Shown: piece by piece, positions 7,909 to 15,824 of the stretch
Layout of the letters: each line of letters opens with the position of its first letter
Numbering within the stretch: position 1 is the stretch's first letter
Assembly (NCBI GenBank): GCA_964452145.1
Contig: CAYVLA010000055.1
Coordinates: 1-20,844, forward strand
Direction: 5' to 3'
Source of the DNA: Candidatus Hadarchaeota archaeon
GTDB lineage: Archaea; CAYQAE01; CAYVLA01
Length of the DNA stretch: 20,844 bases
The notes under the pieces: model-generated
Database searches by the model: none
What the model was told of the DNA's origin: nothing
The model's input: only the letters and a program-made list of their open reading frames with translations
Made by a program: the position numbers and the translations under genes

Positions 7909-8985
7909 ATGAACGCAAGAGAACGGTTCAACGCATGTATGCATTTCGAGGATACCGACAGGCCGCCCTTCTACGAATGGCTCCACTTCTGGCAGGAGAC
8001 CATCAACCGTTGGAGGGCCGAGGGCCTCCCGGCCGATGCAAACCACTACGAGTACTTCGGCTTCGACAAGAGGGAGGGCATCGGGCTGGACTTCGGGCCG
8101 ATCCCGAGCTATGTGACCCGCATCCTGTCGGAAGATGAACGATACGTCGTCACCGAGACCAAAGGGGCAGGGCTGAGGTGGGTGGCCAAGTCCCTGAAGG
8201 CCGGCACAACCATTCCCCAGTTCATCGAGTTCGGCGTCAAGACCCCGGAGGACTTCGAGAAGATCAGGGATCGCTTCGACCCTTACGACATGCGCAGATA
8301 CCCCAAGAACTGGGGCCCCGAACTGATGGATTACTACAGGGAGATAGACCATCCGGTCGGCATAGGCTTTCCGGGCATCTTCGGCAACGCTAGGAATATG
8401 ATCGGACTCAGGAATCTGGTGCTGATGGTCTTCAGGTACCCCGACTTCGTCAGGGAGCTCTTCGACTTCCTCGCCGATTTCCAGGTCGAAACTGCGAGGA
8501 AAGCCCTCCAGGAAGCGAAGGTTGACTATGCGACCATCTGGGAGGACATGGCCTACCACAGCGGGCCGCACATCTCGCCCAAGCAGTGGCGAAAGTTCAT
8601 GCTGCCCGGATACAAGAAGATCACCGGCTTCCTCCGTGAAAACGGGATCGACGTCATCATGGTCGACAGCGATGGCAACAACGACGCCATCACGCCCTGC
8701 TTCCTGGAAGGTGGTGTGAACTGCCTCTACCCGCTGGAGGTCGCCAGCAACGAGGACGCAATAAGGCTGAGAAGAGAGTACGGGCACAAGCTCTTGCTGA
8801 TCGGGAACATCGACAAAAGGGCCGTTGCGGCGGGCGGCAAGACCCTGGAGAACGAGGTGAACTCCAAGCTGCCCTATCTTCTGGAGGATGGCGGGTTCAT
8901 GCCCAGCATTGACCACTGCGTCTCAAGCGACATCTCCCTGAAGAATTACTGCAGGTACATCAAGCTCCTCAAGAGCTACTTCTGA
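7909..8985 (+). CDS. Uroporphyrinogen decarboxylase (URO-D)/MtaA-superfamily protein, probably not true HemE
   Basis: MNARERF...DRPP start, WEDMAY..GP.ISP..WRKF..P.YK, VDSDGN, YPLEVA, GNIDKR, GGF.P..DH. SD GAGGTGG before ATG 7909 and a CTATAA element upstream. Confidence 0.9.
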   Translation: MNARERFNACMHFEDTDRPPFYEWLHFWQETINRWRAEGLPADANHYEYFGFDKREGIGLDFGPIPSYVTRILSEDERYVVTETKGAGLRWVAKSLKAGTTIPQFIEFGVKTPEDFEKIRDRFDPYDMRRYPKNWGPELMDYYREIDHPVGIGFPGIFGNARNMIGLRNLVLMVFRYPDFVRELFDFLADFQVETARKALQEAKVDYATIWEDMAYHSGPHISPKQWRKFMLPGYKKITGFLRENGIDVIMVDSDGNNDAITPCFLEGGVNCLYPLEVASNEDAIRLRREYGHKLLLIGNIDKRAVAAGGKTLENEVNSKLPYLLEDGGFMPSIDHCVSSDISLKNYCRYIKLLKSYF

Positions 8986-9039
8986 TCGATCGGCCCGACT
9001 TGGCGATCGGCACCCCACCAGGGCTCCCATGCGCGCTTG

Positions 9040-9056
9040 GAGAAAAGACTTTAAGC
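9040..9056 (+). promoter_or_regulatory. BRE+TATA promoter of the small protein/Rad50-like operon
   Basis: GAGAAAAGAC-TTTAAG about 30 nt upstream of ATG 9086. Confidence 0.65.
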
Positions 9057-9085
9057 GAAAGTGCACAAGGCCCTGTGAAACGGAC

Positions 9086-9352
9086 ATGGACGAGGCATCC
9101 CCCGATATCTTCAGCATCTTGGAATCCTTCCTGAGGGAGAATCTCGCAGCCAAGTATGGGGAAGGCCTGGAGGAGTTCTTGGAGTATGCTGCGAACCTGA
9201 TCCGGAACAGGGTCGAGCAGGGCGCCGAGGGTCTCGAGGAGAGGCCGCGGCCCTCACCGCGGAAGCCTGCCTATGAAAGGGAGCCTGATCTTGAGCAGAG
9301 ACTGCTCGAGTCCCTCAAGACGAGTCTGGACAAGCATGAGGCGAGCCAATGA
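9086..9352 (+). CDS. Small acidic helical protein (88 aa) translationally coupled to the Rad50-like ATPase
   Basis: Start moved to ATG 9086, downstream of the TATA box. Amphipathic helices DIFSILESFLRENL, LEEFLEYAANLIRNRV and LEQRLLESLKTSL. Stop overlaps the next start (ATGA 9349-9352). Confidence 0.75.
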   Translation: MDEASPDIFSILESFLRENLAAKYGEGLEEFLEYAANLIRNRVEQGAEGLEERPRPSPRKPAYEREPDLEQRLLESLKTSLDKHEASQ

Positions 9353-11460
9353 TCCTCACCGGGCTTGCCCTCCGCAATTTCAAGAATTTCAGGGACAAGC
9401 AGATGACCTTCTCCCCGGGCATCAACGTCCTTCAGGGCCCCAACGGATCGGGGAAGACCTCGATTCTTGAGGCCATTGAGTTCGCACTCTACGGCTCGGT
9501 TTCGGGCAGAACCGGCCTTGAGCCCCTGGTAACCCTGGGGGAGAACACGGCCTCCGTGTCCCTTGAGTTCACGATCGAGGATGCCCCTCGACTGGGTGAC
9601 TACTCCTTGTCCAGGCAGATAGCTAGGGGCGAGATGGGGGCCTCCACCACGGCGGTCAGCCTCACCAGGGGCGGCGTCCAGATTTCCGATCGAAAGGCGG
9701 AAGTGGATCAGGAGGTCGTCAGACTCCTCTCCGTGGACCATGCCTCCTACGCCAATACCTGCTACATCAGGCAGGGAGAGATCAGGGCACTCCTGGAGGC
9801 GGGCAAGGAGAGGGAGCGTGAGATCGACCGGATGATCGGTCTCGGCGTCTTCGAGGATGCCTGGCGCGATCTTAGAAAGACCGAATCGGATCTGGAAAGG
9901 CAGGTAGCCTCCGCAAAGGAGGAGTTGATCAGATCCCGGGCCGAGGTCGAAAACCTCGGGTCGGTCGCAGACGAGCTGTCGGAGCTCATGCACGAGAAAG
10001 CCGAGATAGAGCACAGACTGAGGGAGGCTGAGAAAATGCTGGGCAGCCTCGCGAGCTCAGAGGTCCCAGCAGGCCAGACCGGAGACATGATCCAGATCGA
10101 GAGGCAGAAGGCCGCCCAGGGCCAGAAGGTGCAGGGGATCAGGGACCAGTTGGCCCAGATGGAAGATGGAATCGAATCGATGAACGACAAGCTGCTGGAG
10201 ATCGAGTCAGAGCTCAGGCGAAGGGAGAGCAAGATCCAATCCCTGGGAGAGGAGCGCAAGGCGGTGTTCGACCGTCTCGCCCGGGTGGAGGAGGAGGTCC
10301 TCAAGGGGAGCCGGATCGTTCAGGAGCTTGCCTCCGAGGTCCTCAGGCTGGAGGCCGATCTAGAGTTTCAGAAGGGCCTCATCACGGCTCTGGTCCAGAT
10401 GGAGGCCAAGGGGGAGCCAGTCTGTCCCGTGTGTGGTTCGCAGCTTCTGCCCGAACATGCCAGGGAGACCAGAAGAAGCCTTGGTTCGAGGGTGCGCGAA
10501 CTCCAGGAATCGGTAGAGCGAAGGAGATCCGATCTGAGGCGTTTCGAACAGTCCCAGGAGGCCTCAGGATCCCGGGCCGACCGGCTTAAGGGCCAGCTGG
10601 AGGAGCTCGAGAAGCAGATCTCCCAGGCCGAGGCCGAGATGTCAGGGATACGGGTGTCCAAGGATGAGATGGACGCCGAGCTGGGATCGATCATGCAGCG
10701 GAAACGAGACTTGGAGAGAGATCTCCAAAGGGAGGAGAAAGCTCTTGCCGACATGGAGCAGGCGTCCCTTGAGGCGCCAGCCAGCGTCGGAGCGGACCGG
10801 CAGCTGGCCGAGGCGCGAGCGAGCTACCTGGCCGACAAACAGATGCTGCAGCGCCTCGAAGCCGAGACGCCTCGGCTCATCGAGAGGCTGGCCGACCAGC
10901 AGGTCAAGAAGGCCAACCTCAAGGCCGCGGAGGACAGATACCTCAAACTCAGCAGGGATTTGGAGAGGACGAGGGACGTCAGATGGGCCTTCAACAACAT
11001 CGGGCCCTACGCCCGGAAGAAGGTCCTCCCCTCGGTCGCCGAGCTGACCGAACAGACGTTCTCAGAGATGTACGCGGGTGGCGTCATAAGACGCATCGAG
11101 CTGACCCAGGACTACGATGTCCGAGCGGAGAGCGGGGACGGGGTCTGGTTGTCATCCAAGCAGCTGTCGGTGGGGGAGCGTGTCGTAGCCGGCATGGCCC
11201 TCCGCGTAGCCCTTGCGCGGATCGCGCAGAGAATGGCGCGTGGCAAAGCCGGCCAGTCGGGCAACCAGCCCGGTCTTCTCATTCTGGACGAGCCCACCGA
11301 GTATCTGGACGAGGCCAACGTAAAGGCGCTTGCCCAGACCATCGCGGGCGTGAAATCCCTCGGCCAGACGATCATCGTCACCCACGACCGCCACCTCATG
11401 GATGAGCTCTCCTCGGGATCGCCGGTGAACAGGCTGATCCTCCCGGGCCAGGCGGGCTGA
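9349..11460 (+). CDS. Rad50/SbcC-like SMC-family ATPase with zinc hook (703 aa)
   Basis: Walker A GPNGSGKTS, Q-loop YIRQGEI, coiled coil with central CPVC (aa 359), signature LSVGE, Walker B/D-loop LILDEPTEYLD, H-loop IIVTHD. Confidence 0.95.
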   Translation: MILTGLALRNFKNFRDKQMTFSPGINVLQGPNGSGKTSILEAIEFALYGSVSGRTGLEPLVTLGENTASVSLEFTIEDAPRLGDYSLSRQIARGEMGASTTAVSLTRGGVQISDRKAEVDQEVVRLLSVDHASYANTCYIRQGEIRALLEAGKEREREIDRMIGLGVFEDAWRDLRKTESDLERQVASAKEELIRSRAEVENLGSVADELSELMHEKAEIEHRLREAEKMLGSLASSEVPAGQTGDMIQIERQKAAQGQKVQGIRDQLAQMEDGIESMNDKLLEIESELRRRESKIQSLGEERKAVFDRLARVEEEVLKGSRIVQELASEVLRLEADLEFQKGLITALVQMEAKGEPVCPVCGSQLLPEHARETRRSLGSRVRELQESVERRRSDLRRFEQSQEASGSRADRLKGQLEELEKQISQAEAEMSGIRVSKDEMDAELGSIMQRKRDLERDLQREEKALADMEQASLEAPASVGADRQLAEARASYLADKQMLQRLEAETPRLIERLADQQVKKANLKAAEDRYLKLSRDLERTRDVRWAFNNIGPYARKKVLPSVAELTEQTFSEMYAGGVIRRIELTQDYDVRAESGDGVWLSSKQLSVGERVVAGMALRVALARIAQRMARGKAGQSGNQPGLLILDEPTEYLDEANVKALAQTIAGVKSLGQTIIVTHDRHLMDELSSGSPVNRLILPGQAG

Positions 11461-11478
11461 TCGCGTCTGCGCCGGGCC

Positions 11479-12552
11479 TCAGCCCCGCTTGGCTCTGATG
11501 CAGCGCTTGACGGCCGATATCAAAACATCCTCGTCGAACAGGACGGCCTTGGCGAAGGCCCCTTCGAGCCGCCGGGAGTCCATATGGTCGCCCGCCGAGT
11601 AGTAGACCACCAACAGTCTGCCGCCCGAGAACATGGTGACGCTGGGATATCCGCAGTCGCTGCCCGGACGGTCATCGGCCAGTATGAGCTTGCAGCCGGT
11701 CTCCCACGTCCTGCCCATGTCCTGGCTCACCATCCCCTGAACCCCGAAGGGGGGATGTCTGTGTCCGTAGACCAAGAGAACCCAGCCGTTGGAGAGGAGG
11801 ATTGCGTCGCCCGGATGCTCCGAATCACCCGTGATCCTGACCGGCTCGGTCCAGGTATAGCCACCATCCTCGGAACGCGCCGAGTAGAGTGAATCGGGGT
11901 GATCCTTCTCGGACCTCATTATCGCCAGGATTTCGCCATCCGGCAGGACGACGAATGAGCTCTCGTTCATAGGCGAGCCCACCAGTGATGGATCGCCCCA
12001 AGTCCGCCCCCCGTCCCGGGAGCGCAGAATGTAGCTGTATCTCCACCCCTGGGTTCGAGGCCTCCCGACCTCAGGCCCATAGATCGGCATGAGAAGATCC
12101 TTGCCGTACCTGATCATCCGGCCGTAGGGCGACCTGCCCATCAGCCCGTCGAAACTCAGGGGAAAGGGCTCGCTCCACGTCGCTCCCATGTCCGTGGAGG
12201 TCTTGAGCAGCGTTTCGACCCGGTCTCCTTGCAGCAGCCTTCCGGTCTCGTCGTAGTTGCCCTGGTGATGGTAGGCGAGGACCATCGTGTTGTCCCTGGC
12301 CAAGCCAAGGGACGGGTTGCGGTCATCCCACTCGCTTTGTGCAATTGTCACCGGCGGGGACCAGGTCTGTCCGCAGTCATCGGTTCCGATCAGCTCCAGC
12401 CTGCCCCCTATCCCGATATGTCCCGCTCCGCCCCTGATAACCGCGACGGCTTGGCGCGGGCCTGTCCTGAGTACCACCGGGAAATAGCCTCTCTCCCGGG
12501 CAGCCACGATCTCCTTCGATCCTACCATGTCGAGCACGCGCAGATTGCTCAT
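11479..12552 (-). CDS. BNR/Asp-box beta-propeller (sialidase-like) glycosidase, apparently cytoplasmic
   Basis: Five Asp boxes (TDDCGQTW, STDMGATW, SRDGGRTW, SEDGGYTW, SQDMGRTW) and terminal DCGYP. ATG 12552 follows GGAGGA. No signal peptide. Confidence 0.88.
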   Translation of the reverse strand: MSNLRVLDMVGSKEIVAARERGYFPVVLRTGPRQAVAVIRGGAGHIGIGGRLELIGTDDCGQTWSPPVTIAQSEWDDRNPSLGLARDNTMVLAYHHQGNYDETGRLLQGDRVETLLKTSTDMGATWSEPFPLSFDGLMGRSPYGRMIRYGKDLLMPIYGPEVGRPRTQGWRYSYILRSRDGGRTWGDPSLVGSPMNESSFVVLPDGEILAIMRSEKDHPDSLYSARSEDGGYTWTEPVRITGDSEHPGDAILLSNGWVLLVYGHRHPPFGVQGMVSQDMGRTWETGCKLILADDRPGSDCGYPSVTMFSGGRLLVVYYSAGDHMDSRRLEGAFAKAVLFDEDVLISAVKRCIRAKRG

Positions 12553-12594
12553 CGCGGATCTCCTCCGGATCCGGCTCCCGTGAATGAACATGCG

Positions 12595-13110
12595 CTAGAC
12601 ATAGGCAGCCCTGGTCTCGGGGAACTTCCTCCTCATCAGGCTCTCCAGCCCTCTGTTCAGTGCCATCTCCAGCTCCATCTGCTTGTCGGATATGGCGGTG
12701 ATCGGGCTGCTCGAGTGGTATATCGGCCCCTCAAGAAGTGGCCCCGATCTCTTCGCCTTCCCCAGGGACGTCCGCGGCATGGCGAGCAGGTTCTCTAGGG
12801 CACCCATGGAACTGCTCCTGAGGGCCTCCATGAACAGGTCCTTGTCTATCGGCCGTAAACCATAGTAAGGTTCGCCGAATTCAAGCAGATCGTGCCCTCC
12901 CATTCCGGTAAGCTTCATGCCCAATCCGGCAAACTTCAGAGGCGTGACCATCTCTCCCTTGATCTGCCAGATTTGGCTACCATCGGCGATGAGCTGGGTG
13001 AGACGGCCCTCCCCGTCCCTTCCGACCAGAATGCGCCACTCACCCTCCGGCCTTTTGTCGTACCGCTTCCGAATCCGCCCAAGGATCGTTTCGGCCTCTT
13101 CCAGTCGCAA
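12595..13110 (-). CDS. Hypothetical protein, resembling conserved archaeal unknowns
   Basis: Gap-filling ORF with TTG start after GGGTGG and coding-like bias. Motifs (RYDK.P..WR...G.D, WQIK...P....G, YGLRP) recall uncharacterised archaeal proteins from memory only. Confidence 0.7.
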   Translation of the reverse strand: MRLEEAETILGRIRKRYDKRPEGEWRILVGRDGEGRLTQLIADGSQIWQIKGEMVTPLKFAGLGMKLTGMGGHDLLEFGEPYYGLRPIDKDLFMEALRSSSMGALENLLAMPRTSLGKAKRSGPLLEGPIYHSSSPITAISDKQMELEMALNRGLESLMRRKFPETRAAYV

Positions 13111-13147
13111 GTGCGCTACCCACCATTACCTGTGCAATGCCGAGTTA

Positions 13148-15730
13148 TCAATGTTCCTGATCGCGCATCCTTCTCCTTGCCATCGTCGCCATCCCCAAGA
13201 AGGAGCCGAGCATCAGGACCGCCGCGAGACCGGCCTCAGGGACGCCAGACCTAGCCTCCTTGATGAGGTCGAGCACCATGCCGATGTAGTTCTTCGCTCC
13301 GGCATAGTTGCCCCCTTCCATCTGCTTGGTGGCCGCGGTCAGAAGCGTCTCCGCCCTGCTCACAGCGATCCCTTCGGCCAGAGCTCTCTGGTACTCCAAT
13401 GACGCCTTGTTGAGAAGGGTCTTGCACTCCTCCAGTCGGCAGGAATCCAGAGCGCTCTGAATCGCTACGAGAGCCTCCACGTAACGCTCGGAAGAGATGC
13501 TCAGATTGGCCGCGGCAGCGATCTCCCTGTAAGCAGAGACGTTCAGCCCAGATCTCTCCGCAGCCTCGATCGCGGCCGCAAGCTCGGCCAGCTGGGCCCT
13601 CGTGAAGCCCCCGCTCGGCACGGTCCAGCCCGATCCATCGTTTGTGTCACGGTATCTGGGCAGGGCCTGCCTATCCTGGAACTTCAGGTTGATACACTCC
13701 ATATCGGGGCTGGTCGGGAGGCTCACGAACCAGAGGCCGTCCGAAACGCGTTCCATGACTGTCTGGAAAGCCGCTCCCTGCATCGTGTTAGGCGGAACAG
13801 CGGTGCTTGGCGGCCTCTTCCATCCGTTGATGCCCCAGACAACGACGCAGCTCGGAGAGTCCATGGGTATCTCGCCATCGACGCCGTGGTAATAGACGAC
13901 CAGAGCCTCGTCCTCCTTGAAGCCTTGGGGAAGATATGCGGGGCCGACTTTCTGGAGGTCCCTGACCTGAGCCTTTCTCTCAAGCCGGTTGTTCGACTCG
14001 AAGACCTCATCCACGGTGCCACCGGAGTCGGCCGCGGCCGCGACCATCCAGTCTCCGCCTTGCGGGGTCCACCAGACGCTGAAATCGGCGATCTGCCCGG
14101 GCCCCATTCCGCTGCTTCTGGTTACCGCGAGAGTCGTGCTGCCGACCAGGATCTCAAGATCGAAGGGCCCGGCAGGGGCACTGCCGATGTTCTGCACCTC
14201 CACCCGGATTTCGATCCTCTCGCCCGACCTCAGTAAAGCGGAACTCAGATCTAATTGCCGAACAACCAGATCGGGCTTGGATTCAGCTACAAGAAGGGAT
14301 GTGCTGATGACATTGTTGTCCTCCCTGATGCCTTCCGTGACCACATCATCCAGATCAACCAGGATCGTGACGTTGTAGACGCCGGCCATGGGAGGGGTCC
14401 AGTCAAACTCCACGATAGACGCAGCACCTGGGGAGAGCGGACCCAGGGTCTTGGTGGCTACGACCTCTCCATCGATGATGAGACCCACGCCACATTCAGC
14501 GCTCTGCGACCGACCCTTGTTGGCCACACTGCCTGCTATGGAGGTCGGCGCCCCGGGAAGGGGGTAGGTAGCCGCTGTCTGAATGGATTCTGGGACCAGA
14601 TCGGGAGACTCGGCCTTCGAAATGCTAAGGACGTCGAACACGGACTGGTTGAGCAGCCGGGCTTCCATGGTCAGTTCCGTTCCGTTCACGGTGATCACAA
14701 CGAAGTGATAGTCTCTGAGGAAATGAGCCGACCATGGGCCTAGGGCCACGAGACTCCCCAGCGGTGCCCCCGCACCCCCGGTGACGATGTGGATCGTCCC
14801 CGTCTCGGGGCTTTCAGCCACCCAGTTGTCAAACATGGGATGGCATCTCTCGTAGAGGTGGTCGTGGCCGTTGAACACCATGTCCACGTGGTATCTGTCC
14901 AGCACGTCGCCCCATGCATCGATGACCTGCTGGGAAACCCCGTGCCCGCCTGAGCTGTACATGGGCCTGTGGTAGAACACGAAGTTCCACGTGGCGGTGG
15001 AGGAGGCCAAACATGATTCGAGCCACTCCTTCTGGGCGCCCGTCATGGACTTCTCCGTTGTGAGCGCGATGAATCGAGCATTGCCATAGTCGAAATGATA
15101 CCAGTCCTCAACGTGTGGAAGGGCGAATTGCTCATAGTACCTGGGATGGTTGCCCTCGTGGTTGCCGATCGTGGGCATCATGACTATGTTGGCAAGCAGA
15201 TCCCTTCCCTTGTCAAACCAGATGTTCCACTGGTTCTGGTCACCCCCGTTCTCGACAAGGTCGCCGGTGTGCAGGACGAAGTCAGGCCGCACAGCCGAGA
15301 CCGCCTCGGCGCAGCGACCCCAGACATCCCAGTTTGTGCGGGAGTCGCCGAGAGCGACGAAGGTGAAGGCCTGACTGGGGTCGCCCGGACCGGTCTTGAA
15401 GGTCAGGTCCTGGCTCCAGTCGGAGTCCGTTCCGCACCTGTAATGGTAGAACGTATTCGGCTGCAGCCCAGCCAATTCCACATGGTGGAGCGTGCCCGTC
15501 GCGCCTTCGACCCTTGACCCGTATGCCTGGTCCAGGCCATATTCCACCACGCTTGGGGCATCGGTGCTAGTCGCCCAGCTCACCGTTACTGTGTTCGACG
15601 GGTCATGTTGCCAAGTCAGGTGGATGTTGATGGGACCCGCTTCCGCCGGAGCCAGGAAACCTACCACGCAGAGCAGGGAGATGCAGCTCAAGATCGCCTT
15701 CAAAGTTGCCGTTGATTCAGGCCCGATCAA
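13148..15730 (-). CDS. Secreted multidomain metallophosphoesterase: FN3/PAP-N + calcineurin-like phosphoesterase + 2x CARDB + CBM-like + helical stalk + VPE sorting signal
   Basis: Likely TTG start at 15730 (TTATAT and GGGGGT upstream), signal peptide ending APAEA. IHLTW...HHVEL.GL.P.T.YHYRC marks the FN3 domain. Metal motifs GDSR, GDLV, GNHE, FYH, GHDH. Two PDLV...N.G...V.E..E.NN CARDB repeats. C-terminal VPE-TM-RRRMR. Confidence 0.9.
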   Translation of the reverse strand: MIGPESTATLKAILSCISLLCVVGFLAPAEAGPINIHLTWQHDPSNTVTVSWATSTDAPSVVEYGLDQAYGSRVEGATGTLHHVELAGLQPNTFYHYRCGTDSDWSQDLTFKTGPGDPSQAFTFVALGDSRTNWDVWGRCAEAVSAVRPDFVLHTGDLVENGGDQNQWNIWFDKGRDLLANIVMMPTIGNHEGNHPRYYEQFALPHVEDWYHFDYGNARFIALTTEKSMTGAQKEWLESCLASSTATWNFVFYHRPMYSSGGHGVSQQVIDAWGDVLDRYHVDMVFNGHDHLYERCHPMFDNWVAESPETGTIHIVTGGAGAPLGSLVALGPWSAHFLRDYHFVVITVNGTELTMEARLLNQSVFDVLSISKAESPDLVPESIQTAATYPLPGAPTSIAGSVANKGRSQSAECGVGLIIDGEVVATKTLGPLSPGAASIVEFDWTPPMAGVYNVTILVDLDDVVTEGIREDNNVISTSLLVAESKPDLVVRQLDLSSALLRSGERIEIRVEVQNIGSAPAGPFDLEILVGSTTLAVTRSSGMGPGQIADFSVWWTPQGGDWMVAAAADSGGTVDEVFESNNRLERKAQVRDLQKVGPAYLPQGFKEDEALVVYYHGVDGEIPMDSPSCVVVWGINGWKRPPSTAVPPNTMQGAAFQTVMERVSDGLWFVSLPTSPDMECINLKFQDRQALPRYRDTNDGSGWTVPSGGFTRAQLAELAAAIEAAERSGLNVSAYREIAAAANLSISSERYVEALVAIQSALDSCRLEECKTLLNKASLEYQRALAEGIAVSRAETLLTAATKQMEGGNYAGAKNYIGMVLDLIKEARSGVPEAGLAAVLMLGSFLGMATMARRRMRDQEH

Positions 15731-15824
15731 GACGGTCGTACCCCCCCGGGAGTAGCCGCCCTGGAATATAACTGAATGCTGCCTGCTTGCGGGACGCGCT
15801 CTCGTCCTCCCCATCGCCAAGCAG

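Noticed and set aside
7858..10754. Long antisense ORFs (352, 247, 180 and 128 aa)
   Set aside because: Antisense shadows of well-supported genes, expected from GC-rich codon bias.
12553..12600. In-frame TAG between ORF 12595..13110 and the BNR gene, considered as pyrrolysine readthrough
   Set aside because: The downstream gene has its own GGAGGA RBS and start, the linker is not protein-like, and no pyl genes are in the window.
14620..15370. Metallophosphoesterase as the missing Mre11, or as a true purple acid phosphatase
   Set aside because: It has a signal peptide and surface domains, so it is not Mre11. GDLVE lacks the chromophoric Tyr of the GDxxY motif.
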